DNA from: an uncultured virus (IMG/VR IMGVR_UViG_3300025502_000012)
Lineage: Duplodnaviria > Heunggongvirae > Uroviricota > Caudoviricetes
Reading direction: 5' to 3' (one strand)
Length of the DNA stretch: 20,000 nt
IMG/VR virus record: IMGVR_UViG_3300025502_000012
The position numbers and the translations under genes were made by a program. Positions 1 through 7,619 of the stretch are shown here, piece after piece. The notes under the pieces were generated by a model. It was given only the letters and a program-made list of their open reading frames with translations, did no database searches and had not been told where the DNA came from. Position 1 is the stretch's first letter; every line of letters begins with the position of its first letter.

Positions 1-2
1 TC

Positions 3-833
3 ATCAATACCTGGTATGACACCAATGTGTTGATTTTTTACATAAAAGAATAATGGTCTACTTATTGGATAAGAACCATCTTGTATTGATTCTAAAGATA
101 TTTCTACATCTTCAATTGTATGTGCTTGAACTTTATCCATTGAGTTATCGTAATAAGAGAAACCAAAAATACCAAAGTATTGTGGCTCACCTACTAACTT
201 GTTAATAATCAAAGTATCGTTTTCACCCACTTCAATAACTGGTCCATCTTCTCTTAAAAGATAACAAGCCTTTTTACCTTTTTCTTTTAAGATTTCTTCT
301 GGACAACCTTTTTTCATCACTAGACTATTCCAAGCATCTCTTGTACCAGATGTTGCTGGTGGAGTTAGAATTGCTATTTTATAGTCTGGTAAACTAGGAT
401 CAATATCTGACCATTTAGTTGGTCTAGGACCTAAGTCAGCCATTGCTTCCCATAAGTGTTTTTTTGTAAAGTTATATTCTTTACCTTTTACAGAACTTGT
501 AAATGCGATACCATCTAATCCTACTATAACTTCAGTAATATCTGTGACACCATTATTTTTACAAAGTTTTATTTCTTTTGATTTGATCTTTCTACTTGCG
601 TTTGACATATCGGGTGTGTTTACTCCGATACCAGCACAAAATAATTTCATACCACCACCAGTACCTGTAGATTCAATTACAGGTGTTTTAAACTTTCCTG
701 ACTTACCAAATCTTTCTGCTACAACTGTTGAAAATGGATATACGGTAGAACTACCAACTATATTAATTTGATCTCTTGCTTGTGCTGTTATTGTCATCAA
801 AGACATTATAAAAGCGATTACTAATAATCTCAT
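3..833 (-). CDS. pstS: Phosphate ABC transporter substrate-binding protein PstS (3' end runs off the window)
   Basis: Hand translation from ATG at 833 (AGGAGA SD upstream): MRLLVIAFIMSLMTITAQA-RDQINIVGSSTVYPFSTVVAERFGK...ESTGTGGGMKLFCAGIG...NASRKIK. Signal peptide plus GSSTV and TGTGGG motifs of alphaproteobacterial-type PstS. Absent from the ORF track because it is truncated. Confidence 0.95.
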   Translation of the reverse strand, partial: MRLLVIAFIMSLMTITAQARDQINIVGSSTVYPFSTVVAERFGKSGKFKTPVIESTGTGGGMKLFCAGIGVNTPDMSNASRKIKSKEIKLCKNNGVTDITEVIVGLDGIAFTSSVKGKEYNFTKKHLWEAMADLGPRPTKWSDIDPSLPDYKIAILTPPATSGTRDAWNSLVMKKGCPEEILKEKGKKACYLLREDGPVIEVGENDTLIINKLVGEPQYFGIFGFSYYDNSMDKVQAHTIEDVEISLESIQDGSYPISRPLFFYVKNQHIGVIPGID

Positions 834-866
834 CTTATCTCCTATGTTTGTTAAGACTTAAAGTAT

Positions 867-1007
867 TTACCTTTTCTTTTTAGACTTTAACAAAACTTTA
901 ACAATTCTCTTTTCGTCTTTAGGTTGTTTCTCAATTAGCTTAAGGAAATAAATGGTGAGTAGTGAGTTGGGTTGGTAGGAGGTGTATTCGCTTCGTTTCT
1001 TATTCAC
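867..1007 (-). CDS. Small basic hypothetical protein (46 aa)
   Basis: GTG-started ORF MNKKRSEYTSYQPNSLLTIYFLKLIEKQPKDEKRIVKVLLKSKKKR fills the gap; CTAAATA late-promoter-like motif at 1020-1026; no clear SD. Confidence 0.4.
   Translation of the reverse strand: MNKKRSEYTSYQPNSLLTIYFLKLIEKQPKDEKRIVKVLLKSKKKR
884..904 (-). promoter_or_regulatory. Pho-box-like 11-bp-period direct repeat upstream of pstS
   Basis: ACTTTAACAA at 884-893 and 895-904 (minus strand TTGTTAAAGT-T-TTGTTAAAGT), about 50 bp upstream of the pstS ATG; resembles the PhoB half-site (C/T)TGTCA with the canonical 11-bp spacing. Confidence 0.6.
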
Positions 1008-1028
1008 AAAGTTTACTTTTATTTAGTA

Positions 1029-2024
1029 TTACTTTGCTTTGAATAATATCCTTAAATAACGAGGTCCAGTATCAGTAGATGTAGTACCTCTAAATTGAAA
1101 ATCTATCTCATAGTTATGTCCATTGACAACTGCTCTAAATCGTATAAAGTTATATTTTCTTACACCTGTTTCAGCATAACCATAACTGTCTTTAGTTAAA
1201 CCAGATAATGAAATCTTATGACCAAATCCTTTTATATTATCAATATGATTATTACCTGGACCAACTTTCAATACTAATACAATATCAGGTCCTAAGCATT
1301 GTATTAATAAATCTCTAAATCTTGTCAGTATAGATGAATAGTTATAATTCTTTGGTGTCTTTGCCGCATACTCTTTACCAAATGCTTTACCCATTTTAAC
1401 ACCATCAAAACCAAAGAACTCATTAATCATTGTTCTTACACTAGCAGTCGGTGATCTAAAGTAATTAATCACAGTCGCATTATAGATGTAAAATGAATTA
1501 CTAAACTTTAAAGATAGATGATGTAATACACGATTGCTTTTATTGTAGATATTGACATCAGATACTTTACCTTTAACATTGTTCGTCACAGTTGCTTTTG
1601 TCTTTGTAAAAGTAGGAGGTCTACGAGTATTTTCTGAACCCACTCCTTTAACATAATAACTGCTATCTTGTTTTAATCTTATAGTCTTAACTAATTGTTG
1701 AATAGTGTCAGGGTGTTTTAACTCATCATAGTCAGCACCTTTTAACCAGTTATTTAAATCAGCAACGATTTGGTCTTCAAACTTTAGACCACCCGCACCT
1801 TTTGCCGCCATAGGCTTAAACACTAATACTTGACTAGCGCCTGTGACATCTAATTCTGTAATCTTCTTTCGTGGGTTAAAGAGTATTCTATTTCTTTTAA
1901 AATACTTCTCCGTTTGTTCTTGTAGTGAAGTCCGATCTTTAGACCGAGCAAACAATTGCTTTCCCTTAACCTCAAACTTTACCCCTTTATAGAAGTCTAA
2001 CTTTTCTAACTGTTGTTTTAACAT
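1029..2024 (-). CDS. Putative PD-(D/E)XK-fold (restriction-endonuclease-like) nuclease
   Basis: 331 aa; GLKFE helix, then KVSDVNI...HLSLK, matching the E...D...(S/E)xK catalytic spacing. Confidence 0.5.
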   Translation of the reverse strand: MLKQQLEKLDFYKGVKFEVKGKQLFARSKDRTSLQEQTEKYFKRNRILFNPRKKITELDVTGASQVLVFKPMAAKGAGGLKFEDQIVADLNNWLKGADYDELKHPDTIQQLVKTIRLKQDSSYYVKGVGSENTRRPPTFTKTKATVTNNVKGKVSDVNIYNKSNRVLHHLSLKFSNSFYIYNATVINYFRSPTASVRTMINEFFGFDGVKMGKAFGKEYAAKTPKNYNYSSILTRFRDLLIQCLGPDIVLVLKVGPGNNHIDNIKGFGHKISLSGLTKDSYGYAETGVRKYNFIRFRAVVNGHNYEIDFQFRGTTSTDTGPRYLRILFKAK

Positions 2025-2031
2025 AATACTT

Positions 2032-2060
2032 ACTCTATACTATATTTAGAGAAAAGTCAA
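2032..2060 (-). promoter_or_regulatory. sigma70-type promoter with a nested late-promoter motif
   Basis: TTGACT (2060-2055), 17 bp, TAGAGT (2037-2032); CTAAATA at 2049-2043 inside the spacer; predicted +1 falls at or next to the ATG at 2024. Confidence 0.55.
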
Positions 2061-2109
2061 CAGAGAAATTTCGCTAAATTTTCAGAGTCGCTGGAGGGGG
2101 TGCTTGGCA

Positions 2110-2388
2110 CTAATAAAGAAAGTAATCCTTAAACTTATTATACCAGTATTTCCCTGATTCTCTTAAAGTTTCATTCTGTTGTCTTAATCGTTCTAGTTTC
2201 CGTTCTAAGACACGCAGAGAAACTTTACTGATTGGCCGTTCAACCTTATACGACTTTTCTACTCTTTCAATTACAAAGTCAATATCGGGACAAGTATAGT
2301 CCGGTACTTTAGGAGCTAAACGCTTTAATCTTTTTAGATGTTTACTTCGATCAGTCTTTGTATTGACCTTATTAGTCCTTTTAAACAA
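2110..2388 (-). CDS. Hypothetical protein, C-terminal coiled coil
   Basis: 92 aa, TTG start with AAGGA SD; PDYTCPDID motif then LERLRQQNETLRE; TATAAATA upstream at 2471-2478. Confidence 0.75.
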   Translation of the reverse strand: MFKRTNKVNTKTDRSKHLKRLKRLAPKVPDYTCPDIDFVIERVEKSYKVERPISKVSLRVLERKLERLRQQNETLRESGKYWYNKFKDYFLY

Positions 2389-2470
2389 ATCCGTGTCCTT
2401 CTATTGAGGATAGTCTAATCGCTGATGTGATGTGAAATTCGCTTGTTGTTGTTTTTCTTAAATACTCTAT

Positions 2471-2478
2471 TATTTATA
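2471..2478 (-). promoter_or_regulatory. T4-type late promoter TATAAATA
   Basis: Exact gp55 consensus in an intergenic position upstream of the 92-aa ORF. Confidence 0.7.
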
Positions 2479-2533
2479 GACTCTATGGTTCCCTGAGACC
2501 ATTCAACATGGATATGTATAAGAACTCTGAACT

Positions 2534-3109
2534 CTACACTATAACGCTACAATTAAACGCTAAGGATATTCTATCGCTATCAGAATTGTTTGTCATCACT
2601 CTGTGTGTCAAAAAAGACGGAAACAATATTAACTCATTAGCAATTGGATTGTATTCATAATCAATGGTATTGTACGGCGTGTAATTATCTACTACATTCT
2701 TACCAAAGAACATATCAAACATAGAAATCGGATTTGTAAAAACAATACCACCACTCCCTTTAGGAACACTTAAATAGAACACACCAGAGATTAACGACAA
2801 TGGGTGTCTGTGAGCTATATTATAAGAACCAGGAGGATTAATGTTAATCCATAAATTGTCTATCTTTGTAGGCATTTTCATTCCAAGTCTTTGACAATAC
2901 GCATTACAAGTATAATCAATATCTTTAAACAATTCATTTAACGGAAGATGAGCGCCGGTTAGTATTTGACTTTGATAACCACCATCATTAGATACGACAA
3001 CACTTGGATTGTTTCGTTTGTATTGAAGGACATAATCAATCATAGATTTGTTATCCAGATGATCAAACACTGTGTTGTATAATGGGGTTTTAAATATGTC
3101 TTGTATCAT
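2534..3109 (-). CDS. 2OG-Fe(II) oxygenase (TIGR02466-like)
   Basis: WININPPGSYNIAHRHPLSLISGVFY...LILFPSFLTHRV...RISLAFN (HxH...H...R). The start is more likely the ATG at 3109 (MIQDIFKTP) than 3130, because both promoters lie over or next to 3117-3145. Confidence 0.9.
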   Translation of the reverse strand: MIQDIFKTPLYNTVFDHLDNKSMIDYVLQYKRNNPSVVVSNDGGYQSQILTGAHLPLNELFKDIDYTCNAYCQRLGMKMPTKIDNLWININPPGSYNIAHRHPLSLISGVFYLSVPKGSGGIVFTNPISMFDMFFGKNVVDNYTPYNTIDYEYNPIANELILFPSFLTHRVMTNNSDSDRISLAFNCSVIV

Positions 3110-3116
3110 GTCGTCT

Positions 3117-3145
3117 ATTGTATCATACATTATTTATAAAGTCAA
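3117..3145 (-). promoter_or_regulatory. Extended -10 sigma70 promoter with nested late promoter
   Basis: TTGACT (3145-3140), 17 bp, TG-A-TACAAT (-10 at 3122-3117); TATAAATA at 3138-3131 in the spacer. Confidence 0.75.
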
Positions 3146-3161
3146 TACTAAGCGTAAAAGA

Positions 3162-3176
3162 GAACAAACAAAGAAC
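3162..3176. promoter_or_regulatory. Alphaproteobacterial LexA (SOS) box GAAC-N7-GAAC
   Basis: aGAACaaacaaaGAACa: GAAC at 3162-3165 and 3173-3176, with an A-rich 7-nt spacer, between two divergent sigma70 promoters. Confidence 0.65.
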
Positions 3177-3218
3177 ACGACTTCAAAAATACCCTACAAA
3201 AACAATGCAAATAAACCA

Positions 3219-3247
3219 TTGACATTCCACCGAATCTATGTTATACT
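3219..3247 (+). promoter_or_regulatory. Strong early sigma70 promoter
   Basis: TTGACA (3219-3224), 17 bp, TG-T-TATACT (-10 at 3242-3247); A-tracts upstream; AAGGAG SD at 3261-3266. Confidence 0.9.
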
Positions 3248-3274
3248 AAATGAATAACCAAAGGAGAAAACACT

Positions 3275-3445
3275 ATGATAAAAAACACTATAACAAAACA
3301 ATCACTATTTAATACATTTAAGACTTTAAATGATAATAAATCAAAGATATCGTTTCTAACGAAAATGAAGAATCTTAAATCATCTACAAATAAGTTGAAA
3401 CATTTAGATATCAATTTTGATAATCTAATTAAACTATACTCATAA
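3275..3445 (+). CDS. Small basic early protein (56 aa)
   Basis: MIKNTITKQSLFNTFKTLNDNKSKISFLTKMKNLKSSTNKLKHLDINFDNLIKLYS; strong SD directly after the promoter; below the ORF-track cutoff. Confidence 0.85.
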   Translation: MIKNTITKQSLFNTFKTLNDNKSKISFLTKMKNLKSSTNKLKHLDINFDNLIKLYS

Positions 3446-3469
3446 ACTAACAAAGAGAGAAAACACACT

Positions 3470-3919
3470 ATGAAATATAATAGAAACTTAAACCTTGATA
3501 TTGATAATAACGATTATTATTATAGAATCAACAAAAACAAAAACAATCATATCGTACAACAAAAAGTAGACAGACCACAATATCTAAAAGATGATATAAT
3601 GAGATTATCAACAAATGAGTCACTTGATACGATTAGTGAAGTGTCGCCAGTTGTAGTTGATAATTGTTTAGAAGAATTTAAAAGACAAAATTTTAAAGAA
3701 GTAGTATCTTTAGTATTGTCTTCTTTAAGACCACATGAAGAAAGAGTATTGCGTTTACGATTCGGTATAAACACAGAAGAACATACCTTAGAAGAAGTCG
3801 GCGTGAAGTTTCATTTAACAAGAGATCGAATTAGACAAATAGAAGCGAAAGCGTTAAGAAAGTTAAAACACCCTTCTCGTTCTAAAGAATTGAAAGACTT
3901 TCTATCTCAATGTTTATAG
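3470..3919 (+). CDS. Stand-alone sigma70 region-4 (RpoD C-terminal HTH) protein
   Basis: [63 protein letters not shown] closely matches RpoD region 4; only 149 aa, with no region 1.2/2. Confidence 0.92.
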   Translation: MKYNRNLNLDIDNNDYYYRINKNKNNHIVQQKVDRPQYLKDDIMRLSTNESLDTISEVSPVVVDNCLEEFKRQNFKEVVSLVLSSLRPHEERVLRLRFGINTEEHTLEEVGVKFHLTRDRIRQIEAKALRKLKHPSRSKELKDFLSQCL

Positions 3920-4000
3920 TCTAAAAAATATACTCGAAAAAAATTCAATATAAAGACTAAGCAATGAGCCGGAGATTGAGCGCCACCTTAATAGTACGAG

Positions 4001-4033
4001 AAAAAAAATAACTCTCAAGGTATGCCTTAAAGT
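4001..4033 (-). terminator. Intrinsic terminator after gp5
   Basis: Minus-strand hairpin ACUUUAAGG-CAUA-CCUUGAGAGU followed by UAUUUUUUUU, in the convergent gap. Confidence 0.6.
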
Positions 4034-4101
4034 TGTTATTACATTTATAGATTAGAAATAGCAACAGCTTTCATAAAGGCCTTTTCTATATACTGAGCAA
4101 T

Positions 4102-5178
4102 CTAAGGATTTAAATCTATTGTAGAGCCTCGGTGTGTGACACCACCAGTAGTATTGGAAGTCTTTGTTCCTTCTATTGTTTCTGTTGTATTGCCGGCTAC
4201 TTCTACCGTATAGTTCCCACCAACTTTTAAATTGTAGTCACCGCCGGCATTCATATTAATCTTTCCTTGTACTGTGTGTATATTAACATCGCCACTGTCT
4301 ACTTGTATATTAATGGAAGCGCCGGCTCCTATCTGTATATCATAGTGATTGTCCGTTGTATTACTCTTATTGATAAACAGCTTATGTCTGCCATCTATTG
4401 TAATGTCTGATTGGCCAGCGATTGCTATTCTTTTGTTAGCACTCATTAGCTCATACGAATCACCTTTGATTATCTCAATCTTATTGCCATCCTTGTCTAT
4501 CTCATATGATGTTCCTGTTCTATGGCTCTCGTGTATTCTCTCATTGCCGCTGGTGTCATCAAATTCTCTTATATGTCCACTCTCACTTTCATAGACATGA
4601 TTGTATGGATAATGCGCAGCATACGGTATCGCTGGCTGGTCAAATGTGTCACCATCAGACGAAACAGCATCAGAGCCATCGGCGTTGACAAAGGCGTTAA
4701 AGTCAGCTGTGGCTATCCCAGTTAATCGTGTTGATTGTCGTAATGTTAAAGATAGATGTGGATTGTCCTCATTGTTCACAGCTAATCTATTGACATCAGG
4801 TTCTTGTTTGTATTTGGGATAGATACCATTCGGGTCATAGAATCCACCAGCTTGCGACAGCTCCGATGGCTTCCCTGGTAAAGAACCAAGGACCAATGGC
4901 TCTTGCTTATTGTTCCCATCTCTAAAGTATCCAAACACCCAAGAGCCTTCTACTAGACCTAATGGCGTTTGACCTAATCCACTTATACCTGAACTTGTAA
5001 TAGGAAGAACAACTTGCGCCCATGGTAAATCAGCTGTAGGAAGAATACTTTGATTGCTTGTGTGATGGCCAAGTGCTCTCACTCTTACTCTGCCTGCGAA
5101 CTCCGGGTCTTGTCTATTCTCTACAACGCCAACGAACCACAGAAAACCATTGTGTCCTATAAATTTGTCATTAATCAT
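4102..5178 (-). CDS. gp5: Baseplate hub/needle protein gp5 (no lysozyme domain)
   Basis: WFVGVVENRQDPEFAGRVRVRALGHH...LPWA OB-fold; YPYNHVYESESGHIREFDDT; C-terminal VxG beta-helix repeats ending IDLNP. Confidence 0.95.
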   Translation of the reverse strand: MINDKFIGHNGFLWFVGVVENRQDPEFAGRVRVRALGHHTSNQSILPTADLPWAQVVLPITSSGISGLGQTPLGLVEGSWVFGYFRDGNNKQEPLVLGSLPGKPSELSQAGGFYDPNGIYPKYKQEPDVNRLAVNNEDNPHLSLTLRQSTRLTGIATADFNAFVNADGSDAVSSDGDTFDQPAIPYAAHYPYNHVYESESGHIREFDDTSGNERIHESHRTGTSYEIDKDGNKIEIIKGDSYELMSANKRIAIAGQSDITIDGRHKLFINKSNTTDNHYDIQIGAGASINIQVDSGDVNIHTVQGKINMNAGGDYNLKVGGNYTVEVAGNTTETIEGTKTSNTTGGVTHRGSTIDLNP

Positions 5179-5260
5179 TTTTATTTTTTCCGATATGCCT
5201 TTTGTTTTAATACACTGGCTTTACGCTATTTAATAGCATTTAGCGAAAGCACACGCAAGG

Positions 5261-5509
5261 TTAGCTATATGTATTATCTTTGTTGTTTATCAATTTAAGA
5301 CTCGCAAGAAGGCCCTTAATTCTAAGTAAACAAGGGTGTTTTACATGGTTCCAAGAGCTATCAGTGCCTCGGTGTCCTTTAAAGAACCCATTGTACTTGT
5401 TTCTCTCATTGGCCTCTGCTGAAGCAAATGAGTAGTCATCTATGATTGTCTTAATTTCTTCTTTAATATTCATTATCATTCTCTTATATTGTGAAAGTAT
5501 GTCTTTCAT
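5261..5509 (-). CDS. Hypothetical protein (82 aa)
   Basis: Co-oriented ORF in the gap between the hub gene and gp5; GAGAGGA upstream; no recognised motif. Confidence 0.45.
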   Translation of the reverse strand: MKDILSQYKRMIMNIKEEIKTIIDDYSFASAEANERNKYNGFFKGHRGTDSSWNHVKHPCLLRIKGLLASLKLINNKDNTYS

Positions 5510-5513
5510 GTTG

Positions 5514-5603
5514 TTAGTTATCTATCCTCTCATAGCCACCGCTTATAGTCGTTCCTACACGCTCTAGCAGCGATTCTTCAGCGATTCTCGGAGTGTATCC
5601 CAT
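5514..5603 (-). CDS. Possible 29-aa peptide coupled to the upstream gene
   Basis: TAATG overlap with the 5603 stop; MGYTPRIAEESLLERVGTTISGGYERIDN. Confidence 0.3.
   Translation of the reverse strand: MGYTPRIAEESLLERVGTTISGGYERIDN
5568..5588. repeat. Tandem 10-bp direct repeat CAGCGATTCT (11-bp period)
   Basis: Copies at 5568-5577 and 5579-5588, each containing GANTC. Confidence 0.8.
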
Positions 5604-7078
5604 TATACCTCATCTCCTTGGTCTTTAAGTATATTATCGTCTAAATCGTATTGTAATATGTTTAATCTGTCTTTGTTGTTTCTTTCTGACAGTGTATCTA
5701 AATCTTCTTCTGGATATGAATCCTTAACTGCGTCTTTAATCATCTCTATGTTCATCGCATGGTAATCGTTTACTGTGTCTATGCTATGTCTGATTGATTT
5801 GACTAGGTATCTGCCAGATAGAAAAGGGTCGTTATCGTAGGGATTATCTCTTCCCATTGGCTCGTATGCTGGCATTTCAAACGCAACTAAATCACCACAT
5901 GAAATACCAGTAAATCCTGGGACATCTATTGATATGTTCATTGTTTCAAATGACAGTCTTTGTGATAATCGTTTTGGTGTGGTCTCGTGGTAATTTGGCA
6001 TCTCTGCGTTGTTATGTATATTACTTGTATCACTTAAAAAGTATAATGTGCCTTCGGGAAAATCACTAAATGACTTACCTTGTTTGTAATTAAACAGTGG
6101 CAGTATACCTTTGCCATCTGTCTTACTTCCTTGTCCATCATGTTCTGTATGAAATGCTTTAGGATACTCTGTTAGATAATCAAAATCTGTTTCTTTAAAT
6201 GTCTTGTTGAAATTGTCATGTGATACGACTTTACTGTTATAGATACCGTTTCTTAAATTCTTTAGTGTATCAAATTGACTGTTGATTTGAAAGCCTTTAA
6301 CTGTCTGCATCTCTTTTACAACTTGTCTATTGCCTGTTTCATCTCTTATGTTTGCCGGTGTAGGACGATACAGCGCCACTACTGGTCGTGCTGTTGTATC
6401 TGTACTCGCCAACATACTCTCATATGATTTAAAGTGAAATCCAAGTGCGTTTTCAAAGAACATCATACCTGGTGTGTGATGTTTCTTACTTTCTGCTGAC
6501 TTACAAAACAAATCCAATGTTTCAAAGGGTCGTATTCTTGGTATGACAAATTTACGAATACCTTTTGTTTCTTCTAAAATTAATGTCTTGTCACTGTCTA
6601 AATTGTTTCTGACTACTTTCAATACATTATTGTCTATGCTGTCTTCAAATGCGTTCTTTACTTTGACTTGTTCATTTGTAATCATTTCTTTACTTGCGAA
6701 GTTAAGTACATAGATTTGAGTACGAGGATTTAATCCTTGTCTATTTGAAATCTTGTAGATATGCATTGGGTGACCTGTGGCTGTGGTAAAGTCATATGCT
6801 CTACTTGTTCCAGGTGTAAACAACTTAAATTCTATTTGTTCAAAGCCAGTTAGTGGTAAGTGATTGGGAACATTCTGTGCGTCTGTTAAGACAATGTTGC
6901 CTGATAGAGTTTTGTTTGTAATACTTTCATATACATTCAACTCAGTCACAAGCGACCTTACACTTATTCTTTTAGGTTTGTTTTGACCTTCTGACGATTG
7001 GTATGAAACTAACTGGACATCTGATAAAGAATATTGTCCAGCTCTGTTTAGTTGTTCTGTGTTAATATCATTGTACAT
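5603..7078 (-). CDS. Baseplate hub protein (gp27-like)
   Basis: 491 aa between gp53 and gp5; ELNVYESI...SGNIVLTD, FFENALGFHFKS, VPG...GD, LSGRYLVKSIRH motifs typical of gp27/gpD/VgrG-type hubs. Confidence 0.75.
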   Translation of the reverse strand: MYNDINTEQLNRAGQYSLSDVQLVSYQSSEGQNKPKRISVRSLVTELNVYESITNKTLSGNIVLTDAQNVPNHLPLTGFEQIEFKLFTPGTSRAYDFTTATGHPMHIYKISNRQGLNPRTQIYVLNFASKEMITNEQVKVKNAFEDSIDNNVLKVVRNNLDSDKTLILEETKGIRKFVIPRIRPFETLDLFCKSAESKKHHTPGMMFFENALGFHFKSYESMLASTDTTARPVVALYRPTPANIRDETGNRQVVKEMQTVKGFQINSQFDTLKNLRNGIYNSKVVSHDNFNKTFKETDFDYLTEYPKAFHTEHDGQGSKTDGKGILPLFNYKQGKSFSDFPEGTLYFLSDTSNIHNNAEMPNYHETTPKRLSQRLSFETMNISIDVPGFTGISCGDLVAFEMPAYEPMGRDNPYDNDPFLSGRYLVKSIRHSIDTVNDYHAMNIEMIKDAVKDSYPEEDLDTLSERNNKDRLNILQYDLDDNILKDQGDEV

Positions 7079-7084
7079 TTTTCA

Positions 7085-7618
7085 CTACTTACTAATTAAT
7101 TTATCAAATTCTTCTATGAATACACCTAGGAAACCAGGTTGTAATAGTTTAATACTTCTTTTCTCATCTTGTAATCTTTGTTCGTATTCTCTATTGGATA
7201 CTGACGCAGCTCCAACTTCTGTACTGTTGACTTCTATTTTGTGTGAGTAATCATTTGGTCCGTTGCTTGTCAATGGTCCACTTGATTGTGTAATTTCATA
7301 ATGATGTATCGCATCTGGATTATCATACTTTGTAGTTATATACTTTTCAAAGTCTTGGTTTGTCAGTGGCCAACCGTAATATCTATCTGTGATATTATTT
7401 GTCATTAGAATTACCCAATGTAATTCAGGGTCACCAAAATGTTTGTATGCTGTGTCTTCTGGTTTCTCACCATTTGGTACATCATAAGTGTCATATAAAG
7501 AAACTTCATCTATAATCTTACTTCTTACCTTGACTCTTCTCATTAGGTCAGTCACAATCTTTTGATTGCCGTCACCTTTCATATCGTAATTACCTGTTGG
7601 AAATTTAGAAAAATACAT
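7085..7618 (-). CDS. gp53: Baseplate wedge protein gp53 (LysM-like)
   Basis: MYFSKFP...YDVPNGEKPEDTAYKHFGDPELHWVILMTNNITD..WP...EKRSIKLL. Confidence 0.92.
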   Translation of the reverse strand: MYFSKFPTGNYDMKGDGNQKIVTDLMRRVKVRSKIIDEVSLYDTYDVPNGEKPEDTAYKHFGDPELHWVILMTNNITDRYYGWPLTNQDFEKYITTKYDNPDAIHHYEITQSSGPLTSNGPNDYSHKIEVNSTEVGAASVSNREYEQRLQDEKRSIKLLQPGFLGVFIEEFDKLISK

Positions 7619-7619
7619 A

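Noticed and set aside
544..771. Plus-strand 75-aa ORF
   Set aside because: Antisense shadow of pstS.
2060..2100. AAATTT-CGCT-AAATTT hairpin as a terminator
   Set aside because: Stem is almost entirely A-U, with no clean U-tract.
3072..3774. ORFs 3072-3257(+), 3241-3468(-) and 3547-3774(-)
   Set aside because: They overlap promoters or better-supported genes and lack an SD.
3470..3919. Calling this a full sigma factor (rpoD or gp55)
   Set aside because: It lacks region 2; gp55 has the opposite composition (region 2 without region 4).
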